From Escherichia coli (GTDB taxonomy: Bacteria; Pseudomonadota; Gammaproteobacteria; Enterobacterales; Enterobacteriaceae), in assembly GCF_030384885.1 (NCBI RefSeq), contig NZ_CP128613.1: a stretch of DNA of 64,000 bases. One strand, given 5' to 3'. Made by a program: the position numbers and the translations under genes. Each line of letters begins with the position of its first letter. Positions within the stretch are counted from its first letter, which is position 1. Positions 44,756-55,903 of this stretch are shown piece after piece. Below the pieces are notes generated by a model that saw only the letters and a list, made by a program, of their open reading frames with translations, did no database searches and was not told the origin of the DNA.

Positions 44756-46954
44756 TTACTTCCTGCGCAACAATCTTAACGCATTCGCTGTCACCAGCAC
44801 CGTCGCACCCGTATCTGCCAGCACCGCCAGCCATAGTCCGGTCATCCCTAACAGCGTTGTGACGAGGAAGATCCCTTTCAGCCCCAGCGCAATGGTGATG
44901 TTCTGGCGGATATTGGCGTGAGTGGCGCGTGCCAGTTCAATCATCTGCACCAGGCCGCGCAGGTGGTTATGGGTTAATGCAGCGTCGGCGGTTTCCAGCG
45001 CCACATCTGTGCCACTGCCCATTGCAATCCCTATGGCGGCAGCTTTCATGGCGGGCGCGTCGTTAATACCGTCACCGACCATCGCCAGAGGCGCATGTTG
45101 ATTCAGCTCGGTCACCGCTTTGACTTTATCTTCTGGTAATAGGCCCGCTTTAAATTTCAGCCCCAGTTCACCGGCGATTGCCGCCGCTGCGTGTGGATTA
45201 TCGCCAGTGAGGATCACTCCTTTGACGCCCAGGGCGCTCAGTTCGCTGATGGCAGTTGCGGCGTCGGCGCGCAGGGTATCCTGCAATGCAATGACACCCA
45301 GCACTTCATCGTTACGCACCACCAGTACTACCGTTTGCCCGGCGCTTTCCAGTTCGTTAATTAAACCAGCAAATGCAACAGCCGGATGTTTTCCGGCAGC
45401 GCATATCAACACGCGCTCACCGTTAATCAGTGCTTCAATACCAGACCCGACCAGCGCCCGCTGTGATTCGGCGGCGGGAATGGCGAGTTCAGCAACCTGT
45501 GCTTCGCGTACGATGGCTTGCGCCAGTGGATGCGTCGCGCCTTGCTCGACCGCCGCTGCCAGTGTCAGCAGTTCAGATTCACTAATACCCGTTGCCGGAT
45601 GAATCGCGGTAACGCGCGGTTTACCGACGGTCAGCGTGCCGGTTTTATCAAACGCCACCTGGGTAACACGACCTAGTTGTTCCAGCGCCGCACCGCCTTT
45701 AATCAACGCCCCATGACGCGCTGCTGCCGCCAGCCCGGAGGTGATCGCCGCAGGTGTTGAGATCACCAGCGCACACGGGCAGCCAATCAGCAGCAGCGTC
45801 AGCCCTTTATAAATCCACTCCTGCCAGCTTGCGGCAAACAGCAGCGGTGGCACCAGCGTCACCAGCAGGGCGACGGCCATAATCGCTGGCGTGTAAATAC
45901 GGCTGAAACGGTCGATAAACCGCTCAATGGGCGCGCGGCGCTCTTCGGCTTCTTCGATCAGTTTCAGAATCCGGTCAATGGCGCTGGCACCCGGTTCTGA
46001 CAGCACTTCCAGCGTTACCAGACGGTCTACGCTGGTGGCGCCTGCAGGAACTTTATCACCCGTCGCGCGCTCCACCGGAATGGATTCGCCGGTCAGGGCG
46101 CTTTCATCAAAACTGGCAAAGGGCGAGAGCAGTTTACCGTCGGCAGGTAAACGCCCACCTGCCGCAACTTCGATAACATCGCCCGGACGCAGGCTGTTAA
46201 TTGCTACCTCTTCACGCTTGCCATTACGCAGGCGCGTGGCGGTTTCCGGTTTCAGCGCCATTAACGCGCTGACCCCTTGACGCGCGCGGCTGGCGGCCCA
46301 GCCTTCCAGTCGTTCACCAATCAAAAACAGCAGCAACACCATCGCAGCTTCAGCCGTTGCGCCAATAAACAGCGCACCAATAGCGGCTACGCTCATTAAG
46401 GTTTCAATAGCGAAGTAGCTGCCGGATTTGATCAGCCGTAATGCCTGACGAGCAATCGGGTACAGCCCAACCAGCGTGGTCGCGATAAACGCCAGTTGAC
46501 CGAACGGATGATTAAACTGCTCCAGACCCCAGCTGATTGCCATCAACACGATTAGCGTAATCAGCGGCAGATTCTCTTTCAGGCGTGATGCTTGCGGTTC
46601 TACGGCTGCCTGTTCATCGCGCAGGGAATAGCCCGCTTTTTGCACCGCAGATTCAACTTGTGCACGGATGTCATTGTCGGCATCAACCACCAGTTTTTCG
46701 GTGGCGAACAGCACCTGCACCTGATTCACGCCTGCAAGCTGGCGCACGGCATTTTCTACCTTGCGCGCGCAGGCGGCGCAGTCCATGCCGCTGACTTTCC
46801 AGCTATAGCGGGTGCCGGAGACGTTTTCAGAGAGCGTTGGCGTGCTGGAACATGCGCCGTCGCAGCAACAGTCGTTGACGTTCTGTACCGTGGTTAGCGG
46901 TTTGAACGCAGAAAATTGAGGGGCTTTCTTGCCGTGATTGTCAGGAGTCGACAT
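44756..46954 (-). CDS. zntA: Zn(II)/Cd(II)/Pb(II)-translocating P-type ATPase
   Basis: 732 aa; GMDCAAC metal-binding motif, CPC in a TM helix, DKTGTLT phosphorylation site, GDGINDAP. Confidence 0.95.
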   Translation of the reverse strand: MSTPDNHGKKAPQFSAFKPLTTVQNVNDCCCDGACSSTPTLSENVSGTRYSWKVSGMDCAACARKVENAVRQLAGVNQVQVLFATEKLVVDADNDIRAQVESAVQKAGYSLRDEQAAVEPQASRLKENLPLITLIVLMAISWGLEQFNHPFGQLAFIATTLVGLYPIARQALRLIKSGSYFAIETLMSVAAIGALFIGATAEAAMVLLLFLIGERLEGWAASRARQGVSALMALKPETATRLRNGKREEVAINSLRPGDVIEVAAGGRLPADGKLLSPFASFDESALTGESIPVERATGDKVPAGATSVDRLVTLEVLSEPGASAIDRILKLIEEAEERRAPIERFIDRFSRIYTPAIMAVALLVTLVPPLLFAASWQEWIYKGLTLLLIGCPCALVISTPAAITSGLAAAARHGALIKGGAALEQLGRVTQVAFDKTGTLTVGKPRVTAIHPATGISESELLTLAAAVEQGATHPLAQAIVREAQVAELAIPAAESQRALVGSGIEALINGERVLICAAGKHPAVAFAGLINELESAGQTVVLVVRNDEVLGVIALQDTLRADAATAISELSALGVKGVILTGDNPHAAAAIAGELGLKFKAGLLPEDKVKAVTELNQHAPLAMVGDGINDAPAMKAAAIGIAMGSGTDVALETADAALTHNHLRGLVQMIELARATHANIRQNITIALGLKGIFLVTTLLGMTGLWLAVLADTGATVLVTANALRLLRRK

Positions 46955-46996
46955 GGCATCCTCCGGTTAAGTTTTTTCTCATTAACCGAAGGATAC

Positions 46997-47022
46997 ACTC
47001 TGGAGTCGACTCCAGAGTCAAG
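46997..47022 (-). promoter_or_regulatory. zntA promoter with ZntR (MerR-family) operator
   Basis: Perfect 22-bp palindrome ACTCTGGAGTCGACTCCAGAGT lying between TTGACT (-35) and TATCCT (-10) with a 20-bp spacer on the minus strand. Confidence 0.8.
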
Positions 47023-47027
47023 TTTTA

Positions 47028-47654
47028 TCAGAGATACAGCGAGCGGACGATGAGGAAATGTCCGGCAAAGTAGCAGGCCGCAGCAATCGCGTTGTCCGCA
47101 CGGAAGCGTCGGCGATAGTGACTACCCAGCCAGACAAAGTTACTTATAAACAGCAACGAAGCGCCGACAAACGCAGAGAGCGCCGGAGCGGTCGGACGGA
47201 AGAACCACAGTTCACCTGCCAGCCACACCATCACCAGCGTCATGCCGATAAACGTGCAGATAGGCCAACGATACTCTTCCAGACGCGTCCAGATAATCGC
47301 CAGTAACAGCGCACCCAGCACCAGCAACACCAGCGGCAAAGGCCAGAAGAAAGAGAGCGTCATCTGGCTGGCGAAATAGATGGTGTACAACAGGTGCGAG
47401 AGGAAAAACGCGCCGATGGCGTACATCAGACGTTGACGTGGCAACAGGGTTAGCGCATCGCCCAGCAGTGAGGCGCACAGTCCCGCCAGCACCAGATAGC
47501 TAATGGCGTCGAACATCGGCGCTTGCCAGGCCAGCAACAGCAGGAGAAGAAGGGTTAATGGTTTAAATACCCAGCGTTGCCAGGTTGGCCCACGATACGA
47601 TGCATCCACAGATAGCCATGCGGAAAGACAGACAGCGATAAACGACCAAAGCAT
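47028..47654 (-). CDS. yhhN: YhhN-family integral membrane protein
   Basis: 208-aa polytopic ORF at the K-12 yhhN position. Confidence 0.8.
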
Positions 47655-47794
47655 CTTAGTTCCTTGAATTCGTTATTTTTTCGTAAGCGGAATGCCTACG
47701 GTCTTGCTTCCAGTTTAGTGGCGAGGGTGGACGGATGACAACACCATAACTGGCAGGGTATGCTTATTTCCGCATTTTCCGATGAGGGATAAAG

Positions 47795-48154
47795 ATGAGC
47801 AAACCACCTCTTTTCTTTATTGTTATCATTGGCTTAATTATCGTCGCCGCATCGTTTCGTTTTATGCAACAGCGACGGGAAAAAGCTGATAATGATATAG
47901 CGCCACTCCAGCAAAAGTTGGTGGTGGTGAGCAATAAGCGGGAAAAACCGATTAACGATCGCCGTTCGCGCCAGCAGGAAGTGACACCGGCTGGTACCAG
48001 CATGCGCTATGAGGCGAGCTTCAAACCGCAAAGCGGAGGAATGGAACAGACGTTTCGCCTCGACGCCCAGCAGTACCATGCCCTGACAGTGGGCGATAAA
48101 GGTACGCTGAGCTATAAAGGAACGCGCTTTGTCAGCTTTGTCAGCAAACAATAA
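47795..48154 (+). CDS. yhhM: small protein with N-terminal TM anchor
   Basis: 119-aa ORF at the K-12 yhhM position. Confidence 0.75.
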   Translation: MSKPPLFFIVIIGLIIVAASFRFMQQRREKADNDIAPLQQKLVVVSNKREKPINDRRSRQQEVTPAGTSMRYEASFKPQSGGMEQTFRLDAQQYHALTVGDKGTLSYKGTRFVSFVSKQ

Positions 48155-48156
48155 GG

Positions 48157-48426
48157 TTATTTTTTAACGTTAAATTTCTTCTGCCAGACCAGCAATTCAA
48201 ACACGCCGAAAAGGAAAATCCGCACCTTTTCGGCGGTGGTCATCTGCGGGCCATCTTTCGGCAAAGTGGATTTCAATAGCGCCAGCTGCATACCATGCAT
48301 CAGCACGGTAAAAATCAGCGCCACGTTAACGAAAATATTCAGCGGACGCGGGAAGGGATGCACCAGGTTGAGGATTAAAAATCCCCAAACGCAGAGCATT
48401 AACAAACGTCCAATATTAATCAACAT
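48157..48426 (-). CDS. yhhL: small inner membrane protein (DUF1145)
   Basis: ATG at 48426 gives 89 aa (MLINIGRLLMLCVWGFLILN...), overlapping the rsmD 3' end. Confidence 0.7.
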   Translation of the reverse strand: MLINIGRLLMLCVWGFLILNLVHPFPRPLNIFVNVALIFTVLMHGMQLALLKSTLPKDGPQMTTAEKVRIFLFGVFELLVWQKKFNVKK

Positions 48427-49012
48427 CACTTTCTCCTTGTGCTTCGCGTTGATACAGGCGGTAAGCCACCTGACCTGCCACTTTTTCCCGATGTAATGAC
48501 CAGTTCGCCGGAACAGTGGGCAGACCGTTTTCGACTTCGCTTTCGACATAAATCAGGGCTTCGTCAGCCAGCCAGCCGTTATCTTCCAGTAAATTTATCG
48601 TCTCTTCTAACAAGCCACGGCGGAACGGTGGATCGACAAACACGATATTATGCGGTGTGCCTTTTTGCGCCAGGAATGACATCGCGTTGCTGTTCACCAC
48701 GCGTGCATTGCCTGCTTTTAGTGTCGCCAGATTCTTAATTAACTGTTGAGAAACCGCGCGATCCATCTCAATCAACGTGGCCCCCGCAGCGTAGCGCGAT
48801 AACGCTTCCAGCCCCAGCGCGCCGCTCCCGGCGAAGCAATCCAGACATTGGGCGTCAACAATGACCGGAGCCAGCCAGTTAAACAACGTTTCGCGTACGC
48901 GGTCGGTGGTGGGGCGCAGGCCTGGGCTATCAGGAACCGGGAGTTTACGGCCTCGCCACTGCCCGCCAATAATGCGGATTTGGCCGCTGCCGGAATGATT
49001 CGGTTTTTTCAT
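48416..49012 (-). CDS. rsmD: 16S rRNA m2G966 methyltransferase RsmD
   Basis: 198 aa; SAM-binding DCFAGSGALGLEA and DPPF motifs. Confidence 0.85.
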   Translation of the reverse strand: MKKPNHSGSGQIRIIGGQWRGRKLPVPDSPGLRPTTDRVRETLFNWLAPVIVDAQCLDCFAGSGALGLEALSRYAAGATLIEMDRAVSQQLIKNLATLKAGNARVVNSNAMSFLAQKGTPHNIVFVDPPFRRGLLEETINLLEDNGWLADEALIYVESEVENGLPTVPANWSLHREKVAGQVAYRLYQREAQGESDVD

Positions 49013-49161
49013 GATAAATTGCTCAATCCGCCAGATAACACATACTTGCAGGCGGTGATGTGAATTAAGTTAAGTGATAGACTATTTCATCATTTTTTTA
49101 GCTGCTATGTACATAGCGTTAACGCTGTGCCATGAAGCAACAGCGAGGAGTGTAGTCGCAA

Positions 49162-50700
49162 ATGGCGAAAGAAAAAAAACGTGGCTTTTTTTCCTGGCTG
49201 GGCTTTGGTCAAAAAGAGCAGACCCCGGAAAAAGAGACAGAAGTCCAGAACGAACAACCGGTTGTAGAAGAAATCGTTCCGGCGCAAGAGCCTGCGAAGG
49301 CTTCTGAACAAGCCGTTGAAGAGCAGCCGCAGGCGTATACTGATGCCGAGGCGGAAACTTTTGCTGCCGAAGTTGTGGAAGTCACTGAACAGGTTGCTGA
49401 AAGTGAAAAAGCGCAGCCTGAAGCTGTTGCTGAACCGGAAGTTATTACTGAGCCGGAAACGATAGTTGAAGAAACGCCAGCGTCAGTCATTGAACCTGAA
49501 GTTACGCCAGAGCCTGTGGCTATCGAGCGTGAAGAGCTGCCGTTGCCGGAAGACGTCAAAGCCGAAGAGGTTTCGCCAGAAGAGTGGCAGGCCGAAGCGG
49601 AAACCGTAGAGATTGTCGAAGCGGCGGAAGAAGAAGCGGCTAAAGACGAAATCACCGACGAAGAGCTGGAAGCACAGGCGCTGGCTGCCGAAGCGGCAGA
49701 AGAGGCGATGATGGTGGTTCCTCCGGCAGAAGAAGAGCAGCCGGTGGAAGAAATCGCTCAGGAGCAGGAAAAACCGACCAAAGAAGGTTTCTTCGCGCGC
49801 CTGAAACGCAGCCTGTTAAAAACCAAAGAAAACCTCGGTTCCGGATTTATCAGCCTGTTCCGCGGTAAAAAAATCGACGATGATCTGTTTGAAGAATTGG
49901 AAGAGCAATTGCTCATCGCCGATGTGGGCGTGGAAACCACGCGTAAAATTATCACCAATCTGACAGAAGGTGCGACCCGCAAGCAGCTACGTGATGCCGA
50001 GGCGCTCTATGGCCTGCTGAAAGAAGAGATGGGCGAGATTCTGGCGAAAGTCGATGAACCGCTGAACGTTGAAGGTAAAACGCCGTTCGTGATCCTGATG
50101 GTGGGCGTCAACGGTGTGGGTAAAACCACGACGATTGGTAAGCTGGCGCGTCAGTTTGAGCAGCAGGGTAAATCAGTGATGCTGGCGGCGGGCGATACTT
50201 TCCGTGCAGCAGCGGTTGAACAGCTTCAGGTCTGGGGTCAGCGTAATAATATTCCGGTGATTGCCCAGCATACCGGTGCGGATTCCGCTTCTGTTATCTT
50301 CGACGCCATTCAGGCCGCTAAAGCGCGTAACATCGACGTTTTGATTGCCGATACCGCCGGACGCCTGCAGAACAAATCGCACTTGATGGAAGAGTTGAAG
50401 AAAATCGTCCGCGTGATGAAGAAACTCGACGTTGAAGCTCCGCATGAAGTTATGCTGACTATCGACGCCAGTACCGGGCAGAATGCAGTAAGCCAGGCCA
50501 AACTGTTCCACGAAGCCGTTGGCTTAACCGGCATCACGCTAACGAAACTGGACGGCACGGCGAAAGGCGGGGTAATTTTCTCGGTGGCTGACCAGTTTGG
50601 TATCCCTATCCGCTACATTGGTGTCGGCGAACGTATTGAGGATTTGCGTCCGTTTAAAGCGGACGACTTTATAGAGGCACTTTTTGCCCGAGAGGATTAA
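49162..50700 (+). CDS. ftsY: signal recognition particle receptor FtsY
   Basis: 512 aa; acidic Glu/Ala-rich A domain then NG domain with GVNGVGKTTT. Confidence 0.95.
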   Translation: MAKEKKRGFFSWLGFGQKEQTPEKETEVQNEQPVVEEIVPAQEPAKASEQAVEEQPQAYTDAEAETFAAEVVEVTEQVAESEKAQPEAVAEPEVITEPETIVEETPASVIEPEVTPEPVAIEREELPLPEDVKAEEVSPEEWQAEAETVEIVEAAEEEAAKDEITDEELEAQALAAEAAEEAMMVVPPAEEEQPVEEIAQEQEKPTKEGFFARLKRSLLKTKENLGSGFISLFRGKKIDDDLFEELEEQLLIADVGVETTRKIITNLTEGATRKQLRDAEALYGLLKEEMGEILAKVDEPLNVEGKTPFVILMVGVNGVGKTTTIGKLARQFEQQGKSVMLAAGDTFRAAAVEQLQVWGQRNNIPVIAQHTGADSASVIFDAIQAAKARNIDVLIADTAGRLQNKSHLMEELKKIVRVMKKLDVEAPHEVMLTIDASTGQNAVSQAKLFHEAVGLTGITLTKLDGTAKGGVIFSVADQFGIPIRYIGVGERIEDLRPFKADDFIEALFARED

Positions 50701-50702
50701 CA

Positions 50703-51371
50703 ATGATTCGCTTTGAACATGTCAGCAAGGCTTATCTCGGTGGGAGACAGGCGCTGCAGGGCGTTACGTTCCATATGCAGCCGGGTGAGATGGCGTTTCT
50801 GACCGGTCATTCCGGCGCAGGGAAAAGTACCCTCCTGAAGCTGATCTGTGGGATTGAGCGGCCCAGCGCCGGGAAAATCTGGTTTAGCGGCCATGACATC
50901 ACGCGTCTGAAAAACCGTGAAGTTCCGTTTCTGCGCCGCCAGATTGGCATGATTTTCCAGGATCACCATCTACTGATGGACCGTACTGTCTACGATAACG
51001 TGGCGATACCCCTGATTATCGCCGGTGCCAGCGGTGACGATATTCGTCGTCGTGTATCGGCGGCGCTGGATAAAGTCGGGCTACTGGACAAAGCGAAGAA
51101 CTTCCCTATTCAGCTTTCCGGCGGTGAACAACAGCGTGTTGGCATTGCCCGCGCGGTGGTGAACAAGCCCGCGGTACTGCTGGCGGATGAACCGACCGGT
51201 AACCTTGACGACGCGTTGTCAGAAGGAATTCTACGTCTGTTTGAAGAATTTAACCGCGTTGGGGTAACCGTATTGATGGCAACGCACGACATCAACCTGA
51301 TTTCGCGGCGTTCCTATCGCATGCTCACCCTGAGCGATGGTCACTTGCATGGAGGCGTGGGCCATGAATAA
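50703..51371 (+). CDS. ftsE: cell-division ABC ATPase FtsE
   Basis: 222 aa; Walker [18 protein letters not shown] signature. Confidence 0.95.
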
Positions 51372-52422
51372 GCGCGATGCAATCAATCATATCCGGCAGT
51401 TTGGCGGGCGTCTGGATCGCTTCCGTAAATCGGTCGGCGGCTCTGGCGACGGCGGTCGTAACGCGCCAAAACGGGCGAAATCCTCGCCAAAACCGGTAAA
51501 TCGCAAAACCAACGTTTTCAACGAACAGGTGCGCTATGCCTTCCACGGCGCATTGCAGGATCTGAAAAGTAAACCGTTCGCCACGTTTTTAACGGTGATG
51601 GTTATCGCCATCTCCCTGACGCTGCCCAGCGTCTGTTATATGGTGTACAAAAACGTTAACCAGGCGGCGACGCAGTATTATCCGTCACCGCAAATCACCG
51701 TTTATCTGCAAAAAACGCTGGACGATGACGCCGCTGCGGGCGTGGTGGCACAGTTGCAGGCCGAGCAAGGTGTAGAGAAAGTGAATTATCTTTCTCGTGA
51801 AGACGCACTGGGCGAGTTCCGTAACTGGTCTGGTTTTGGTGGTGCGCTGGATATGCTGGAAGAAAACCCGCTTCCGGCAGTGGCGGTGGTGATCCCGAAA
51901 CTCGATTTTCAGGGGACCGAGTCACTGAATACCTTGCGCGATCGTATCACCCAGATCAACGGCATTGACGAAGTGCGAATGGATGACAGCTGGTTTGCCC
52001 GTCTGGCGGCGTTGACCGGGCTGGTCGGGCGCGTTTCGGCAATGATCGGCGTATTGATGGTGGCGGCAGTGTTCCTCGTCATCGGTAACAGTGTGCGTCT
52101 GAGCATCTTTGCTCGCCGTGACTCCATTAACGTACAGAAACTGATTGGTGCGACAGATGGTTTCATCCTGCGCCCATTCCTGTACGGTGGCGCATTGCTG
52201 GGATTTTCTGGCGCATTGCTGTCATTAATTTTGTCGGAAATTCTGGTCCTGCGTTTGTCTTCGGCGGTTGCGGAAGTGGCACAGGTTTTCGGAACGAAGT
52301 TTGATATCAATGGCTTATCTTTCGATGAATGTCTGCTTTTGCTGCTGGTGTGTTCGATGATTGGCTGGGTGGCAGCCTGGCTTGCCACGGTACAACATTT
52401 ACGCCACTTTACGCCTGAATAA
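51364..52422 (+). CDS. ftsX: cell-division ABC permease-like protein FtsX
   Basis: ATG at 51364 (MNKRDAINH) gives 352 aa, overlapping ftsE by 8 nt. Confidence 0.9.
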
Positions 52423-52546
52423 TAAAAGCGTGTTATACTCTTTCCCTGCAATGGGTTCCGTAGCAGGGAAAGAGACCCCGTTGTCTCTTCCCGGTATTTC
52501 ATCTCTATGTCACATTTTGTGCGTAATTTATTCACAGCGTTGCATT

Positions 52547-52573
52547 GAACTTGTGGATAAAATCACGGTCTGA
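52547..52573 (+). promoter_or_regulatory. sigma-E-type promoter upstream of rpoH (P3-like)
   Basis: GAACTT, 16-bp spacer, TCTGA fits the sigma-E -35/-10 consensus about 95 bp upstream of rpoH. Confidence 0.55.
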
Positions 52574-52666
52574 TAAAACAGTGAATGATAACCTCGTTGC
52601 TCTTAAGCTCTGGCACAGTTGTTGCTACCACTGAAGCGCCAGAAGATATCGATTGAGAGGATTTGA

Positions 52667-53521
52667 ATGACTGACAAAATGCAAAGTTTAGCTTTAGCCC
52701 CAGTTGGCAACCTGGATTCCTACATCCGGGCAGCTAACGCGTGGCCGATGTTGTCGGCTGACGAGGAGCGGGCGCTGGCTGAAAAGCTGCATTACCATGG
52801 CGATCTGGAAGCAGCAAAAACGCTGATCCTGTCTCACCTGCGGTTTGTTGTTCATATTGCTCGTAATTATGCGGGCTATGGCCTGCCACAGGCGGATTTG
52901 ATTCAGGAAGGTAACATCGGCCTGATGAAAGCAGTGCGCCGTTTTAACCCGGAAGTGGGTGTGCGCCTGGTCTCCTTCGCCGTTCACTGGATCAAAGCAG
53001 AGATCCACGAATACGTTCTGCGCAACTGGCGTATCGTCAAAGTTGCGACCACCAAAGCGCAGCGCAAACTGTTCTTCAACCTGCGTAAAACCAAGCAGCG
53101 TCTGGGCTGGTTTAATCAGGATGAAGTCGAAATGGTGGCCCGTGAACTGGGCGTAACCAGCAAAGACGTACGTGAGATGGAATCGCGTATGGCGGCACAG
53201 GACATGACCTTTGACCTGTCTTCCGATGACGATTCCGACAGCCAGCCGATGGCTCCGGTGCTTTATCTGCAGGATAAATCGTCCAACTTTGCCGACGGCA
53301 TTGAAGATGATAACTGGGAAGAGCAGGCGGCAAACCGTCTGACCGACGCGATGCAGGGCCTGGATGAGCGTAGCCAGGACATTATCCGCGCACGCTGGTT
53401 GGACGAAGACAACAAGTCCACGTTGCAGGAACTGGCTGACCGTTACGGTGTTTCCGCTGAGCGTGTGCGCCAGCTGGAAAAGAACGCGATGAAAAAACTT
53501 CGCGCTGCTATTGAAGCGTAA
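52667..53521 (+). CDS. rpoH: RNA polymerase sigma-32 (heat-shock sigma factor)
   Basis: 284-aa ORF matching RpoH. Confidence 0.95.
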   Translation: MTDKMQSLALAPVGNLDSYIRAANAWPMLSADEERALAEKLHYHGDLEAAKTLILSHLRFVVHIARNYAGYGLPQADLIQEGNIGLMKAVRRFNPEVGVRLVSFAVHWIKAEIHEYVLRNWRIVKVATTKAQRKLFFNLRKTKQRLGWFNQDEVEMVARELGVTSKDVREMESRMAAQDMTFDLSSDDDSDSQPMAPVLYLQDKSSNFADGIEDDNWEEQAANRLTDAMQGLDERSQDIIRARWLDEDNKSTLQELADRYGVSAERVRQLEKNAMKKLRAAIEA

Positions 53522-53541
53522 TTTCCACTATTAATCAGAGA

Positions 53542-53576
53542 ACCCTGGATGAGAGTCCGGGGTTTTTGTTTTTTGG
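53542..53576 (+). terminator. rho-independent terminator of rpoH
   Basis: ACCCTGGA-tgagag-TCCGGGGT hairpin followed by TTTTTGTTTTTT. Confidence 0.8.
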
Positions 53577-53792
53577 ACCTCTGCAATAATCAATTACCCC
53601 CTCCGACAAAACGCCAATCCCCACGCAGATTGTTAATAAACTGTCAAAATAGCTATTCCAATATCATAAAAATCGGGTATGTTTTAGCAGAGTATGCTGC
53701 TAAAGCACGGGTAGTCATGCATAAAACGAAATAAAGTGCTGAACAACAACATCACAACACACGTAATAACCAGATGAATGGGGATTCTCAGG

Positions 53793-54896
53793 ATGAATAT
53801 AAAGGGTAAAGCGTTACTGGCAGGATGTATCGCGCTGGCATTCAGCAATATGGCTCTGGCAGAAGATATTAAAGTCGCGGTTGTGGGCGCAATGTCCGGT
53901 CCGGTGGCCCAGTACGGCGACCAGGAGTTTACTGGCGCAGAGCAGGCAGTTGCGGATATTAACGCTAAAGGCGGTATCAAAGGCAACAAACTGCAAATCG
54001 TAAAATATGACGATGCCTGTGACCCGAAACAGGCGGTTGCGGTGGCGAACAAAGTCGTTAACGACGGCATTAAATATGTCATTGGCCACCTCTGTTCTTC
54101 ATCAACGCAGCCAGCGTCTGACATCTACGAAGACGAAGGCATTTTAATGATCACCCCAGCAGCAACCGCACCAGAGCTGACCGCCCGTGGCTATCAGCTG
54201 ATCCTGCGCACCACCGGCCTGGACTCCGACCAGGGACCGACGGCGGCGAAATATATTCTTGAGAAAGTGAAACCGCAGCGTATTGCTATCGTTCATGATA
54301 AACAGCAATACGGCGAAGGTCTGGCGCGTGCGGTGCAGGACGGCCTGAAGAAAGGCAATGCTAACGTGGTGTTCTTTGATGGCATCACCGCCGGGGAAAA
54401 AGATTTCTCAACGCTGGTGGCGCGTCTGAAAAAAGAGAATATCGACTTCGTTTACTACGGCGGTTATCACCCGGAAATGGGGCAGATCCTGCGTCAGGCA
54501 CGCGCGGCAGGGCTGAAAACTCAGTTTATGGGGCCGGAAGGCGTGGCTAACGTCTCGCTGTCTAACATTGCGGGCGAATCAGCGGAAGGGCTGCTGGTAA
54601 CCAAGCCGAAGAACTACGATCAGGTTCCGGCGAACAAACCCATTGTTGACGCGATCAAAGCGAAAAAACAGGACCCAAGCGGCGCGTTCGTCTGGACCAC
54701 CTACGCCGCGCTGCAATCTTTGCAGGCGGGCCTGAATCAGTCTGACGATCCGGCTGAAATCGCCAAATACCTGAAAGCGAACTCCGTGGATACCGTGATG
54801 GGGCCGCTGACCTGGGATGAGAAAGGCGATCTGAAAGGCTTTGAGTTCGGCGTATTTGACTGGCACGCCAACGGCACGGCGACCGATGCGAAGTAA
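53793..54896 (+). CDS. livJ: periplasmic Leu/Ile/Val-binding protein
   Basis: ATG at 53793 gives 367 aa with signal peptide; paralog of the livK product. Confidence 0.9.
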   Translation: MNIKGKALLAGCIALAFSNMALAEDIKVAVVGAMSGPVAQYGDQEFTGAEQAVADINAKGGIKGNKLQIVKYDDACDPKQAVAVANKVVNDGIKYVIGHLCSSSTQPASDIYEDEGILMITPAATAPELTARGYQLILRTTGLDSDQGPTAAKYILEKVKPQRIAIVHDKQQYGEGLARAVQDGLKKGNANVVFFDGITAGEKDFSTLVARLKKENIDFVYYGGYHPEMGQILRQARAAGLKTQFMGPEGVANVSLSNIAGESAEGLLVTKPKNYDQVPANKPIVDAIKAKKQDPSGAFVWTTYAALQSLQAGLNQSDDPAEIAKYLKANSVDTVMGPLTWDEKGDLKGFEFGVFDWHANGTATDAK

Positions 54897-54956
54897 TCAT
54901 TAATCGGCAACTTTGGGTTGCCGCCAAATTGCTAATATCGAGTACGCATGCTTCAT

Positions 54957-55055
<99 letters not shown>

Positions 55056-55096
55056 AATTTCTCGTTGGTCATCACTTTTGAAATCAAACTTGACGA

Positions 55097-55480
55097 TTAA
55101 CGCTTCTCCCAGCCGCCCTGTTGTGCCGTAAACCCCAGCGCCTGCATAAACGCCGTCATCACGCCGCGATCTTCCACGCCTGCATCCGCCATCCACCAGC
55201 CTGAAACGCCGGGATTGTTACGCAAAACCTCTTCCAGCAAATATTGCCCCACACCGCGACGTCGGGTGACTTCCCGCACGCGCAGGGAATCCAGTGCCCC
55301 CTCGGTGCCGCTTAAGGTTACGCGCACGGCAGCAAGCAGGCGCTCGTTAAAACGCGCGGCGTAGATGCGGTGGTTATCGTCAACCTGTAAAGAGGAAGAT
55401 GAATACTCCGGCCAGATCTTTTGCAGATCAATCCGGTCCTGGTCGCTAAAGTGTTCTAATCGAATGATGGTCAGCTTCAT
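55097..55480 (-). CDS. panM: GNAT-fold PanD maturation factor PanM
   Basis: 127-aa ORF MKLTIIRLEHFSDQDRIDLQKIWPEY..., convergent with livJ. Confidence 0.85.
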   Translation of the reverse strand: MKLTIIRLEHFSDQDRIDLQKIWPEYSSSSLQVDDNHRIYAARFNERLLAAVRVTLSGTEGALDSLRVREVTRRRGVGQYLLEEVLRNNPGVSGWWMADAGVEDRGVMTAFMQALGFTAQQGGWEKR

Positions 55481-55903
55481 GGGGAACCCGTGTAAATCAC
55501 AAAAGTGGAACCAGTGTAGCGAAATAATTTAATCGGAGGCTTTCTCTTTTTTATTTCTTTTGGCAGGTGATTAATTTTTTAACAGCAATAATTACAAATT
55601 AAAAACATTAGAGAATGAAAAATGTCCAGCATAATCCCCTGAATGGTAGTGAATTATTCCGCCCTTTGTACCGTTATTTTATGCTGACAACGGCGCTTTT
55701 TTCTGTTTATCTATCAATAAATTCAGAATATTATCTGTTCTTAATCGACTGAAAAATAGGGATTTTAATCGCTATTATCACAAAACACTGCGCTAAACCC
55801 TTAATCAGACAGGCAAAAACAGTGCAGTATAAAAAAAGTACAGTCTGATTTGTTAACACATAAAAACAAAGCAACACAACATCACGAATGGGGATTTTTG
55901 ACT

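Noticed and set aside
45120-46280. Plus-strand ORFs (160 aa and 117 aa) antisense to zntA
   Set aside because: Ala/Ser/Arg-rich products typical of the antisense frame of a GC-rich gene; zntA is unambiguous.
49209-49655. 148-aa Ser/Thr/Ala-rich minus-strand ORF antisense to the ftsY A domain
   Set aside because: Mirror image of the GAA/GCN-rich acidic repeat coding region; not an independent gene.
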